Source of the DNA: an uncultured bacterium
Lineage (GTDB): Bacteria; Fidelibacterota; UBA2242
NCBI GenBank assembly: GCA_964441235.1
Contig: CAYTUQ010000004.1
Span: 6,269-70,268 of the forward strand
DNA: 64,000 nt
Direction: 5' to 3'
Position numbers and translations under genes: made by a program. The notes beneath the pieces were generated by a model. The model searched no databases. It was not told the DNA's origin and saw only the letters and a program-made list of their open reading frames with translations. This document shows, piece after piece, positions 40,588 through 50,179 of the stretch. How positions within the stretch are numbered: position 1 is the first letter of the stretch; every line of letters starts with the position of its first letter.

Positions 40588-41715
40588 TTAACTCCATACA
40601 CCAGGAATTGATGTTTGACAAAAACTGCATTTGCCATTTATAATGTTGTTTGAACGAATAAAATATCCCGTTCTTTCGATGAGGATTTTCCCGCAGCTCG
40701 GACAGACGGTGTTTTCAGCGGGATGACCCGGTACATTTCCAACATAAGCGAAATTAATTCCTGCATCACGGGCAACATTGTACGCCATTTCAAGAGTTTT
40801 TACTGGTGTAGGGGGGAGGTTTTTCATAAGGTACTGCGGGTGAAAACGGGTAAAATGGACAGGCACATCGGGACCAAGGTTATCAATAATCCATTTACAC
40901 ATCTCTTTAATTTGGTTCTTATCGTCATTATGAGTGGGGATAACAAGATTCACTATTTCTAGCCATTTGCCTCGTTCTTTAATAAAAACCATTGTATCAA
41001 GTACCGGTTTCATTGTTCCTGAAACTATTTCTCTATAGAATTTTTCTGAAAATGCTTTAAAATCAATTTTTATAGCATCAAGAACATTGCAGAGATCGGA
41101 CATTGGTTCCCTTTTAATGAATCCATTTGATATCATAACGCTGCGGATTCCTTTTTCTCTACCTGCTGAAGCTGTGTCACAAATATATTCAGTAAAGATT
41201 GTTGGCTCATTGTAAGTATAGGCTATAGTAGGTGATTTATAATATTTGGTTATATTGACCAGTTCTTCGGGAGAAACATACCTGAAAGAGATCTCTTCAG
41301 GTCTGACCTGTGCGATATTCCAGTTCTGGCAAAACTTACAATCAACGTTGCATCCGGCAGTAGCGACAGATAAAGCGGTTGTTCCAGGTAAAAAATGGAA
41401 CATCGGTTTTTTTTCAATAGGGTCTTGATGGATTGCGACTAAGCGACCATAAACCAGGGTTTTGTAAATACCATCCTGATTTTCGCGAACTTCACAATAT
41501 CCGCGTTTGTGATTACTAACAACACACTGTTTAGGACAAAGAAAACATTGAATCTTTTTATTGTCAAGTTTTTTGTAATAACGAGCTTCCTGTATATAGG
41601 GTTCTGCTGGTTCGGGTAAATTTGCAAAAGTTTTTTCTAAAATAGCTGGAGCAGTGGCTAATCCTGCAAAGCAAGTTCCTAACTGAAGTAAGAATTTTCT
41701 TCTGGAATTATCCAT
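40588..41715 (-). CDS. AmmeMemoRadiSam-system radical SAM enzyme (PFL-activase-like) with a twin-arginine signal.
   Basis: CNVDCKFCQNW radical SAM cluster motif and an upstream CxxC...C. N-terminus MDNSRRKFLLQLGTCFAGLATAPAIL matches S-R-R-x-F-L Tat signals. Confidence 0.7.
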   Translation of the reverse strand: MDNSRRKFLLQLGTCFAGLATAPAILEKTFANLPEPAEPYIQEARYYKKLDNKKIQCFLCPKQCVVSNHKRGYCEVRENQDGIYKTLVYGRLVAIHQDPIEKKPMFHFLPGTTALSVATAGCNVDCKFCQNWNIAQVRPEEISFRYVSPEELVNITKYYKSPTIAYTYNEPTIFTEYICDTASAGREKGIRSVMISNGFIKREPMSDLCNVLDAIKIDFKAFSEKFYREIVSGTMKPVLDTMVFIKERGKWLEIVNLVIPTHNDDKNQIKEMCKWIIDNLGPDVPVHFTRFHPQYLMKNLPPTPVKTLEMAYNVARDAGINFAYVGNVPGHPAENTVCPSCGKILIERTGYFIRSNNIINGKCSFCQTSIPGVWS

Positions 41716-42185
41716 TACTGAGAAGCCAATTTTATATCTATCTGTTTTGCTACTTTTTTTAAGTATAAATTTTTATCTGATAAATTACGTTGGGCGATTA
41801 TTTTTACAAAACAGTTGCCTTTGTAAAATGAAATGAAACCCGGGCTGTCGCTTCCTTCTTCACCGATTGGAATCTGAGAGAATGATTGATATCTTCGATA
41901 GAGACCTCTTGCACCTGTTTTATCATCGGTGAAATACATCTCTATTTTAATGATTTTAAACTCTGGAGTGCTTAGTTCTTGATTAATTATTCTGGTAAGA
42001 CCATAACCATTGTACATATTAAAATTCTCTTTAAGTACGCTTTTAAACTCACCTTCAGATTTATAATCTTCCCAATTAGTTAAAGTCCAGCCCTGAAATT
42101 CTTCTGGTTTTATGAGATACTTTTTTACAACTGAGCAAGATATAAGTAGAACTAAAACAGCAAGTAAATAGATTTTAGTTTTCAT
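41715..42185 (-). CDS. Lipoprotein of unknown function, first gene of the AmmeMemoRadiSam operon.
   Basis: Lipobox LLISCS. Its TAA overlaps the ATG of the radical SAM gene (TAATG). Confidence 0.55.
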   Translation of the reverse strand: MKTKIYLLAVLVLLISCSVVKKYLIKPEEFQGWTLTNWEDYKSEGEFKSVLKENFNMYNGYGLTRIINQELSTPEFKIIKIEMYFTDDKTGARGLYRRYQSFSQIPIGEEGSDSPGFISFYKGNCFVKIIAQRNLSDKNLYLKKVAKQIDIKLASQ

Positions 42186-42601
42186 AATGAGTTTTTTCTC
42201 TCTTTTACTTACAGCAATTTGGTAACTGGTTCTTTTTTCTTTTTTTGTTTTTTAAACCTTATCTCTAACCTCTTTATATTTTTCTATTGAAAAAGTAATA
42301 TTTATTAGAGTTTAATTCAAGTAATTATATTGGGGAAAAAATTAAAAAGTTCAATGAACCTTGATCCATGGGATAAGTCAAATTTTCTATTGATTTTCGT
42401 TCGATGTCTTTGTAATATTCTATTGAATGAAAATATATGCTATAAAAGCATGGGATTATAAACAGTGTTGCAATATTTTTTATTGAATTTTGCAAATAGG
42501 TAGAAAAGAGTCCATGCTATCTCGACATCTCTGAGATAAAGCTCTTATGTTTAAAATTTTCCCTACGGGTTGTAGACCATGTATGTACAAGAAGGAGGTG
42601 T

Positions 42602-42829
42602 GTGATGGATAAAAAAGTCGGTTACTTTCAGGAAGATAATGGGAATTTATCGTCTATGCGTTTGATGAGTTTTGTTGCACTGTTGGCGATTATTTGTTTT
42701 GGATTACTCACAATTCTGCTGGACGTTAGTAAAGTTAATGCATCTGGAATCTATATCACTTTTGGATTTTTAATTGCAGCTTTTGCACCAAAGACTCTTC
42801 AAAAGTTCGCAGAGACCAAGATTAAATAG
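42602..42829 (+). CDS. Small two-TM membrane protein, hypothetical.
   Basis: Strong RBS aaggagg 6 nt upstream. Two hydrophobic helices. Confidence 0.4.
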   Translation: MMDKKVGYFQEDNGNLSSMRLMSFVALLAIICFGLLTILLDVSKVNASGIYITFGFLIAAFAPKTLQKFAETKIK

Positions 42830-42906
42830 TATTAGAAACAACCTGTTTTCGTAGCAAAGCGACAAGGTAAATTTCTGTAACTTTTGCAGTGAATAAGTGG
42901 TTTATT

Positions 42907-44280
42907 CTATTCAGAGTAAAAGCGAATCATTTTAACTATCGCTTCACTACAAACAGGGCAGAAACCTGTTAAACTTTTAGAGAAAATTCTGCAGTCGAGA
43001 TAGGGGCGGTATAATCCCTCGGAAGAATAACCACCACCCTTAAAAGCACCAACTTTTCCCCAATATTTCTGGTTACGTAAAAATGCTTCTTTATCTTTCG
43101 CCTGGGATCTTGGAATTTTATCATATTTTTCCTTATTCCAGGGAGTTGGTGTAGGTGTCTCTGGATTTACAAGTTTTTTCCATTTAAGATTTTCTGTATC
43201 GAGTAGAGCGGTTATATTAGGTTCCCACGGTTCAACTCCTTGAGGATAGAATTCATTATAAGCAACAGCTGAGGAGTAGTATTCGTCCGCCAGTCCGGCG
43301 AAGGCATGACCGAACTCGTGGACGAAAACATAGTCGGGCCACCATGATTGTTCTTTTTTATCATCATGACTATAACAGCATGAACAGAGGTTAAAAATTC
43401 CTCCTCCGCCATATTTTGATGAATTGAATATGAAATATATCTGGTCGTAAGGTGCATTAGCGGCAATGTCCCGCATGGTCTTGTTACCTGGACCTTGAAC
43501 ATAACGGTCGATATCAAGTGTATTAAAAGAGAGGCTGAAAGCGGATTTAACGAATTTGCCATTTCTGGGGTCATCAATTCCTGACTCTTCCGACGGCACC
43601 TCCAGATACCAGACGTTGAATTTATCCTTATTTTCTTTAAAGGGAGTGTTTGAAAAAAACACATCCGCGAAATGTTTTAATTCTTTTTTAAATTTTCTTA
43701 ATTCACGTTTTGTATATCCTTCGGGCAATATAAGTATATCTACTTTCTCATTTGGAGAGCCATTTTTAATTAATGCTTTTGCCCTATATTTTCCCTTTGG
43801 CTTGTCTCTATTTATAAATCGTGAATTTGGGTCAACGACAGTTGAAAATTCTTCAATAAATTCATTCTGATGGTTTCTTGAAGAGAGTGCCAACCTTATT
43901 GGATTATTAGGAAATGGAATTAAAACTGATGCAGAGAATGTGCGAAATATTTCTTTTGCCGCCTCGTCTGTTGTTTGCCATTCAGCAAATATGCTGCAAA
44001 ATCCCCTTGAGTAAATCAATTGACCTGACTTTTCATCGAATATTTTTACGATATGATGACCTAAATTTAAAGTATCGATTAGATTTGTAAGACTTCCTGC
44101 CCAGATAGGCTCTTCAATTATTTCATCAAGGCTAATAATCGTTTGTGTTTTTGTTCCTGTTTGATAAAAATCAACTCTCATGGTTTTTTTAATGAAAAAG
44201 TCGTCGAAGTTTGGACCGGTTCCGGCGAAGATAAGAGTTGAAAAAATGATAATGTTAATAAAAACAATTAGATTTTTCAT
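42907..44280 (-). CDS. Secreted zinc metallopeptidase, M64 (IgA-peptidase-like) family.
   Basis: Signal peptide. HEFGHAFAGLADEY HExxH...E motif typical of Peptidase_M64. Confidence 0.55.
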   Translation of the reverse strand: MKNLIVFINIIIFSTLIFAGTGPNFDDFFIKKTMRVDFYQTGTKTQTIISLDEIIEEPIWAGSLTNLIDTLNLGHHIVKIFDEKSGQLIYSRGFCSIFAEWQTTDEAAKEIFRTFSASVLIPFPNNPIRLALSSRNHQNEFIEEFSTVVDPNSRFINRDKPKGKYRAKALIKNGSPNEKVDILILPEGYTKRELRKFKKELKHFADVFFSNTPFKENKDKFNVWYLEVPSEESGIDDPRNGKFVKSAFSLSFNTLDIDRYVQGPGNKTMRDIAANAPYDQIYFIFNSSKYGGGGIFNLCSCCYSHDDKKEQSWWPDYVFVHEFGHAFAGLADEYYSSAVAYNEFYPQGVEPWEPNITALLDTENLKWKKLVNPETPTPTPWNKEKYDKIPRSQAKDKEAFLRNQKYWGKVGAFKGGGYSSEGLYRPYLDCRIFSKSLTGFCPVCSEAIVKMIRFYSE

Positions 44281-44673
44281 GTGTCTCCTTCAATTTTACA
44301 TTGGTAAGTTAAAAAATTGATAGTAACTATTCAAGTTATTGCAATTATAGATTTTTCTATCTATTATCGCTTTTATGAAAATATAATTATGCGGATTTGA
44401 AGTAGTTTGTCTGCCATTGAGGGTCTGATTAAACAGATATAGTCCTTTACAGTTAATATTTTGATACTATATCAAACTTGACAATCGGAGATTAAATAAA
44501 TAAATTGCTTATGAAATAGAATGAAAGGCATCAGTTATAATACCCTGAGTTTCACTACAGATAAACCTCCAAAGTGGACAAGAATGGAGTACATACTTAT
44601 GTTGGGTTATAAAAATTTGTTTTAAGGATACTTAACATGGAAATATCCTACCCTTTATGTGAGGTATTGTGTT

Positions 44674-44847
44674 ATGGATAGAAAAAAACTTTCGGAACGT
44701 GATATCTGTACAAAATTCGTCACGCCTACTTTGAAAAATGCCGGATTGGATATCAATAAACAGGAATGTAAAGAATTTATTTTTATAGATGGTAAAATTG
44801 AAAAATTTGTTACTCCTATTTTACCATTGAACCACACCCGCATTTAA
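44674..44847 (+). pseudogene. hsdR: Remnant of the N-terminus of a type I restriction enzyme HsdR.
   Basis: MDRKKLSERDICTKFVTPTLKNAGLD matches the conserved HsdR_N start. It diverges and terminates after about 55 codons. Confidence 0.5.
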
Positions 44848-45124
44848 AAAACCATAAATAATTTAATAGAATCAGACTTTTATCAAAACGTTTTTAAGGC
44901 CATATTTGTAAATGAGAGAACAAACCAATTCCAATATTTAATCATATACTAGCTTAAACTTAAATAATTCTATTACAACTATAAATTGTGATTTTCTCTT
45001 CGAGAGACACAAAATATTGTATATTTCCTTGACATCTAATCAACAATTTTATAAATTCTATCCGATAAATTTTTATCGAAGAGACATAGTTATTTACCTG
45101 GAACTTTCTAATTTGGAGGAATAT

Positions 45125-46003
45125 ATGTCTCAAAAAAATATAATAGATCTTACAGAATTAATTGCTGAATTAGGGCGCAATCGTCAGTCATATGTATTTT
45201 TTATAGGTAATAGTATCCCTCAAATTCATGGCGCAAAAAGTTGGAAAGAAGTCTGCAAGAATTTAATTCATGTGTGTAATGAAAATGGATCATTGAAAAA
45301 TCATGAAAAAATGTACCTTGATAAAATTATCAATGACAAGAATAAATATTCTGAAATCATCATGAAATGTAGAAAACATCTTTATGAAAGAAATGCTGAA
45401 AATGTATATAAGAATATCATTTTGAAAGCACTTAAACAAGATGGGCAGCAGTATGAAACATATAAAAAGATAATTGAGCTTGAGCCTAAACACATAATTA
45501 CAACTAATGTCGATAAGTGTCTAATTCCACAAAATGGATATACTGTAAGACCTATAAATGAATATGAATTGGTGCCAGACCATGGAATATTTTATTTACA
45601 TGGAAGTATTGACAATTTTGATGAAATGGTATTTCCATTGGATAGCTATGATAGAGTATATTCTGATGAAACTCATGATCGTTTTCTTCGATCTGTTTTC
45701 CGTAATAGAATATTATTTATAGGTTATGGGTTTGGAGAAGGGGATATACTACATTATTGCAGATTTAAACCAGAAAAATATCGATTAATGTTAAGATTTA
45801 TTAAACTCTGTGGAATCCCTGACGATAGCGACGAACAAATATTTCTAAGAGGTGAAACAGATACATTGTGGGAAAGATTCAAAATATTTACATATGAATT
45901 TCCAGTTTTTGATAATAAATGGTCAAAATTAATTGAACTCTTAAATACAATTCATGCCACAATTACGGGTAAAAAGATAAGAGATATCGGAGATGAGTTA
46001 TAA
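45125..46003 (+). CDS. SIR2-like (SIR2_2) NADase-domain protein, candidate defence effector.
   Basis: Motifs YVFFIGNSIP, IITTNVDK (catalytic Asn), YLHGSID (catalytic His) and ILFIGYGFGEGD. RBS ggagga. Its TAA overlaps the ATG of the next gene. Confidence 0.6.
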   Translation: MSQKNIIDLTELIAELGRNRQSYVFFIGNSIPQIHGAKSWKEVCKNLIHVCNENGSLKNHEKMYLDKIINDKNKYSEIIMKCRKHLYERNAENVYKNIILKALKQDGQQYETYKKIIELEPKHIITTNVDKCLIPQNGYTVRPINEYELVPDHGIFYLHGSIDNFDEMVFPLDSYDRVYSDETHDRFLRSVFRNRILFIGYGFGEGDILHYCRFKPEKYRLMLRFIKLCGIPDDSDEQIFLRGETDTLWERFKIFTYEFPVFDNKWSKLIELLNTIHATITGKKIRDIGDEL

Positions 46004-48780
46004 TGTTTTACGATAAAATCATTAATATAATCGACAAAGACATAGAATTAATTGGTATTTCAAGCTCTACAAAATCGCTTTTATCAAATACCAAATACTA
46101 TCACTATTTTTTCGACCAATTAATGCGAAAAGCCGATGAAAGATGGATACCGATACTTAGAAAAAAGCATTTATTGACTTTCGATAAAAATCATGGTGAC
46201 TTTTTTCTTCCCCTTGAATACATTAGAGCTGTGCTTAAGAAAAGCCATCAATATGATGATGTAATTGTTGAATTACTGTATGATTGGAAAAAAGAATTAA
46301 ATGATCCGAAACTGTCTGATTATAATGTTTTGCGGATTTCCGAGATTTGTATATTGCTGGACGTTCAATACACTATTAAGACAGTAGATATAATGTTATG
46401 GTGTTTGAAATTATCTGATCGGGCAGCCCACATGGTTATCTCAGAGTTTGTGCCCTTTGCAAGAAAACTGAAAGAAGTCAATGCCAACAAAGAGATTCTG
46501 CGAATATTTAAAAATATCTTCAAATTTAAGTTCAGAAAAGAAAGGGCATTTCACTCAAAAGAGATCCAATTTCAATTTGATCAATATTGGACAACAGAGG
46601 TTTTTAAAGCAATCAAAGATGTTATAAAGAATGATCCCTTGCCCTACTTCCGACATTTAGTCAAAGAGTATCGGAATATACTTTTCAAAGTTTATCGAAA
46701 AAGAAAAGGTTATGATAGGAGTGATTACAGTTATATATCACGTCCTACCATTGAGAAATCAAAACACAATTTAGGTGTCAGCACCCAGGATACGATCATC
46801 ACCATGCTTAGAGATATTATTGATTTGACAACGGATTTAGAAAACAGCAAATCTATTCTTGAAATATTATCAAAACAGGAATACCCTATTTTTCATCGAT
46901 TAGCGTTATATCTTTATGGTGAACGATTTGATATTCTTGGTTATGAATACGAAGAACAGTTCATAAATAGTGAAACATTTTCGAATGATTCTCTTTCTCA
47001 TGAATTATGGGAAGTGATAAGGAAGTGTTATTCAAAACTCAGAAATCCGAAAACAATCGATAAAATATTATCCAAAGGGGAACAGAATTTAAGGGAGGAT
47101 TTAGAGCCTGAGAGGATAGACCATTATAATTGGAGCTGGAAATATAAATGGTTAACAGCAATTCAGAAAAACACTCCAGTACCAGAGAGAGAAAAAGAGA
47201 TAAAATATCTTGAGGATAAATTAGGCTATGAACCGGAGCATCCGGAGTTTGATGTTGGATATTCAGAAACCAAATTCGGATGGGATTCACCAATATCTAA
47301 AGAGGAATTGGAGTCAAAAAGTTGGCAAGAAATAAAGGAGTATTTATTAGAATTTGATGAAGAAAAAGTAAAACGAACTTTTAGTCATAAGCCGGAATAT
47401 GAAGGACTCCGGCGGGTTTTTAAAGCTGTTATACAACAAAAAAGAGACGATTTTATTAAGCATATCGATTTGTTCAAAGATGTCACGTTGAGTAAATTTT
47501 ACATCGGTACAGTTCCATCTGGACTTATTCCTAAGGATAATACATATAATCGAAAACTTATAATGACATGTATTGATTACCTAAACTGGGTGCTTGATGA
47601 AGTAGATGTGGGTAAACTTAATTTTGAAGATAGCAATATTTACATGCTTCAATTCGGGTTTGAAAACTTCTTTACTCACCTATATAATTTGAATGCAAAT
47701 AAAGATAATTTAATCCCAAATGAAGATTTTAATAAAATAGTAGCTATGATGTATAGATTTCATAAAATTGCTTATGAGATTGTTACAAGAGATATGGATT
47801 TAGATAATGCAGAGCAATCCTTTATTAGTAGGGTTTCAGGTGAATATTGGCAAGCCTTTCTTGCACTTAATTTTATAAGATACCGACAGGTGAATATACC
47901 GTTTATCATTCCCGAATTCAAAGAATTATTGACTAAAAGTGTCGGGAAAGATATCTATGTGAATTATCTTTTGGGAAAACATACAGCGAACTTCTATTTC
48001 CTGGATAAAAAATGGACTCGTAATAATATTGATAAGATTTTTCCAAAGTCTAAAAAGCAGAGAAATCTCTGGCTAGCAGCAATGAAAGGATTTCTCTGGT
48101 CACGTAGTTTGCATGATGATCTTTTTGAATATCTGTTACCCAATCTTATAAAGTTCTGCTATGAAAAACTGGATGAAAGGGAACAAACCGCGTTAGGTGA
48201 TCGAATTGGTTTTTATTACCTTCGGGATAGGACACACTTAAGGTGCAATCGGTATCTAATCAAAGAAATTGACAATTGTTATGAGAAACACCCAAAACTG
48301 TTTTCATCCATTATTCATTTTCTTGTCCGTTCTTATAGCGAGGAACATAACGGCATCAATATCAGAAAATATATCCGCTATCGATACAATATTATTAAGC
48401 AGAATCCTGAAAAATATAAAGATGAATTCGAAGCGTTTCTATATACATACAAGTGCTTTCCGGATATGAAGTATCGTGACTACTTGATAATACGGAAAGC
48501 CTTTAAAGCAACAGATATGAATACCCGATCGCTGGAAATCCTGGAGTTGTACACTTTTTTCAGAGAGAAGGAACTTTTCAGATATCTAATTCATCTGCTG
48601 GAATTTGAGTTAAAGGGTAATACTTTTCCATCCTATCGTTCAGAAGAATATTCAGAATTATTCAGAGCACTATATCAGAGCGGTGATACCTATGTTCAGC
48701 ATAAGACGAGTGTTTTGATCAATAAGCTTGGTGAACGAGGTTGCTATGATTTTAAGGATATTTATGAAGAGTACCTTTGA
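46003..48780 (+). CDS. 925-aa all-alpha-helical protein, partner of the SIR2-like gene (putative sensor subunit).
   Basis: No P-loop, nuclease or TM motifs. Helical-repeat character. Start codon overlaps the SIR2 gene stop (TAATG). Confidence 0.5.
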   Translation: MFYDKIINIIDKDIELIGISSSTKSLLSNTKYYHYFFDQLMRKADERWIPILRKKHLLTFDKNHGDFFLPLEYIRAVLKKSHQYDDVIVELLYDWKKELNDPKLSDYNVLRISEICILLDVQYTIKTVDIMLWCLKLSDRAAHMVISEFVPFARKLKEVNANKEILRIFKNIFKFKFRKERAFHSKEIQFQFDQYWTTEVFKAIKDVIKNDPLPYFRHLVKEYRNILFKVYRKRKGYDRSDYSYISRPTIEKSKHNLGVSTQDTIITMLRDIIDLTTDLENSKSILEILSKQEYPIFHRLALYLYGERFDILGYEYEEQFINSETFSNDSLSHELWEVIRKCYSKLRNPKTIDKILSKGEQNLREDLEPERIDHYNWSWKYKWLTAIQKNTPVPEREKEIKYLEDKLGYEPEHPEFDVGYSETKFGWDSPISKEELESKSWQEIKEYLLEFDEEKVKRTFSHKPEYEGLRRVFKAVIQQKRDDFIKHIDLFKDVTLSKFYIGTVPSGLIPKDNTYNRKLIMTCIDYLNWVLDEVDVGKLNFEDSNIYMLQFGFENFFTHLYNLNANKDNLIPNEDFNKIVAMMYRFHKIAYEIVTRDMDLDNAEQSFISRVSGEYWQAFLALNFIRYRQVNIPFIIPEFKELLTKSVGKDIYVNYLLGKHTANFYFLDKKWTRNNIDKIFPKSKKQRNLWLAAMKGFLWSRSLHDDLFEYLLPNLIKFCYEKLDEREQTALGDRIGFYYLRDRTHLRCNRYLIKEIDNCYEKHPKLFSSIIHFLVRSYSEEHNGINIRKYIRYRYNIIKQNPEKYKDEFEAFLYTYKCFPDMKYRDYLIIRKAFKATDMNTRSLEILELYTFFREKELFRYLIHLLEFELKGNTFPSYRSEEYSELFRALYQSGDTYVQHKTSVLINKLGERGCYDFKDIYEEYL

Positions 48781-48856
48781 CAGTAATCCCACACCACTTT
48801 AGAAAAACGTTGCTTTTTGTTAATGTATATCTTAACATATAATTTAGAATGGGTTA

Positions 48857-49270
48857 TTGAATAAAAGGGAAATCAGCTTTAAAAAGTTACCAATTGCAGA
48901 ATACTATGGTGAACCAATCTATGATGTGTGGCATGTGATTGTAAATGGAAAGCCGGTTGTTCTTGATTCTTTGCTTGATCTTGATGAATCCAGCCGGAAA
49001 GAGACCGTTGATATAATCAGTCGGATGGCGACAAGGGAAAAATACTACGGAGGAGTTGAGTGGAGGCTTAAAAAGCGAAAGTACGGTGAAATCAAGCCCT
49101 GGGGACATCGCTTTTTCTTTTTTGTTAAGTTTGGGGAAAATATAGTCATCTTTGATTACAGAGAGAAGAAAAGAAAGGGGCCATTAAAATCGGAAGTATA
49201 TAAATTAGTTGATAAGAATAGAGAAAAATATGAAGAAGAATTCAGAAGATTTATTAATAAGAATCAATGA
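48857..49270 (+). CDS. RelE/ParE-superfamily toxin (HigB / phage Gp49-like).
   Basis: The C-terminus GHRFFFFVKFGENIVIFDYREKKRK...EKYEE matches the Gp49/RelE consensus (yRiiy...ivil...KK). It is followed by an HTH gene. Confidence 0.5.
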   Translation: MNKREISFKKLPIAEYYGEPIYDVWHVIVNGKPVVLDSLLDLDESSRKETVDIISRMATREKYYGGVEWRLKKRKYGEIKPWGHRFFFFVKFGENIVIFDYREKKRKGPLKSEVYKLVDKNREKYEEEFRRFINKNQ

Positions 49271-49697
49271 ACTTTTTGCTGCTGAACCCGACGCTGAGCA
49301 GAAGGCTTGGGGAATTATTCACGATTTCTATCATTATGTTCTAACCTATATGGAAAAGAACAAAATCACCAAAGCGTATCTTGCCCGTAAACTTGGAAAA
49401 TCCCGAGCCGCAATTTCTCAAATGTTTAACAAAACACCGAATATCACAGTAGTTAAAATGGTCGAAATTGCTGATGCGATTGGCGTTGATTTATCTATTA
49501 TCACAAGAGAAATCGCTTTAAAAGCACGTAAAGTGGAATATCAAGTGAAGACAGATGTCTTACCAGTCTTCATCAAGATTGATAGGGATTTAGAAAAAAA
49601 AGTACGAGGAAAGAATCAAAATTTTCTTATAGAAGGTGGAAGAATGACAATACAAATTGGACAAGAAAAATTTGCAATCAGTGAATTTGAGGCATAA
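49230..49697 (+). CDS. XRE-family HTH antitoxin (HigA-like) with a C-terminal extension.
   Basis: HTH ITKAYLARKLGKSRAAISQMFN. Overlaps the toxin gene. Start placed at the internal Met MKKNSE. Confidence 0.5.
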   Translation: MKKNSEDLLIRINELFAAEPDAEQKAWGIIHDFYHYVLTYMEKNKITKAYLARKLGKSRAAISQMFNKTPNITVVKMVEIADAIGVDLSIITREIALKARKVEYQVKTDVLPVFIKIDRDLEKKVRGKNQNFLIEGGRMTIQIGQEKFAISEFEA

Positions 49698-49699
49698 TA

Positions 49700-50179
49700 G
49701 TGAATCAAAAAAGTGAAAAAATAAAAAAGTCCATTCGATTTCGACTGCTCGAAATAAAAAAAAATAGGTTTTATCAGAGTAACTACCTTGATTTTGCTTT
49801 ATCAAAGGAAGATGTTCTTAAGGGGAATTTAAAAATTGGTGTTAATTTTGAGCTTTCCCCAAATGAAGAAACTATTTCATTGGTTCTGAAATTGGATTTT
49901 TGCCATGCTGATCATGAATTGTTTGGAATAGAGACTGTCCATAAGTACAAAATAAAAGATTTTAAAAACGCCATTCAGTACGATGAAAATAAAACATTCA
50001 ATGTACCGGATGAAATTATGAAGTTGTGGATTGGAATAGCTATCTCGGATACTCGTGGTATGCTGGTTATTTTAAATTCAGATAGTGACTACTCCAGGAT
50101 TATCTTACCTTTGATTAATCTTGATGCTTTTCTTAGGAGTATTAAAAAATCTATGAAAATTGGGCAATCATCTGAATAA
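49700..50179 (+). CDS. Hypothetical protein, third gene of the toxin-antitoxin-like module.
   Basis: Starts 3 bp after the HTH gene. No recognisable motifs. Confidence 0.35.
   Translation: MNQKSEKIKKSIRFRLLEIKKNRFYQSNYLDFALSKEDVLKGNLKIGVNFELSPNEETISLVLKLDFCHADHELFGIETVHKYKIKDFKNAIQYDENKTFNVPDEIMKLWIGIAISDTRGMLVILNSDSDYSRIILPLINLDAFLRSIKKSMKIGQSSE

Noticed and set aside
40588-40637. Alternative longer start (MANAVFVK...) for the Memo-AMMECR1 gene, which would overlap the radical SAM gene by 50 bp.
   Set aside because: The internal Met at 40586 gives a canonical signal peptide and a 1-nt stop-start coupling, and is preferred.
43212-43664. 150-aa ORF inside the M64 peptidase gene.
   Set aside because: It is an alternative frame of a well-supported gene with biased, Cys- and Thr-rich composition. 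It is spurious.
44655-44843. 62-aa minus-strand ORF.
   Set aside because: It is antisense to the HsdR_N remnant, which has a recognisable conserved peptide. It is spurious.
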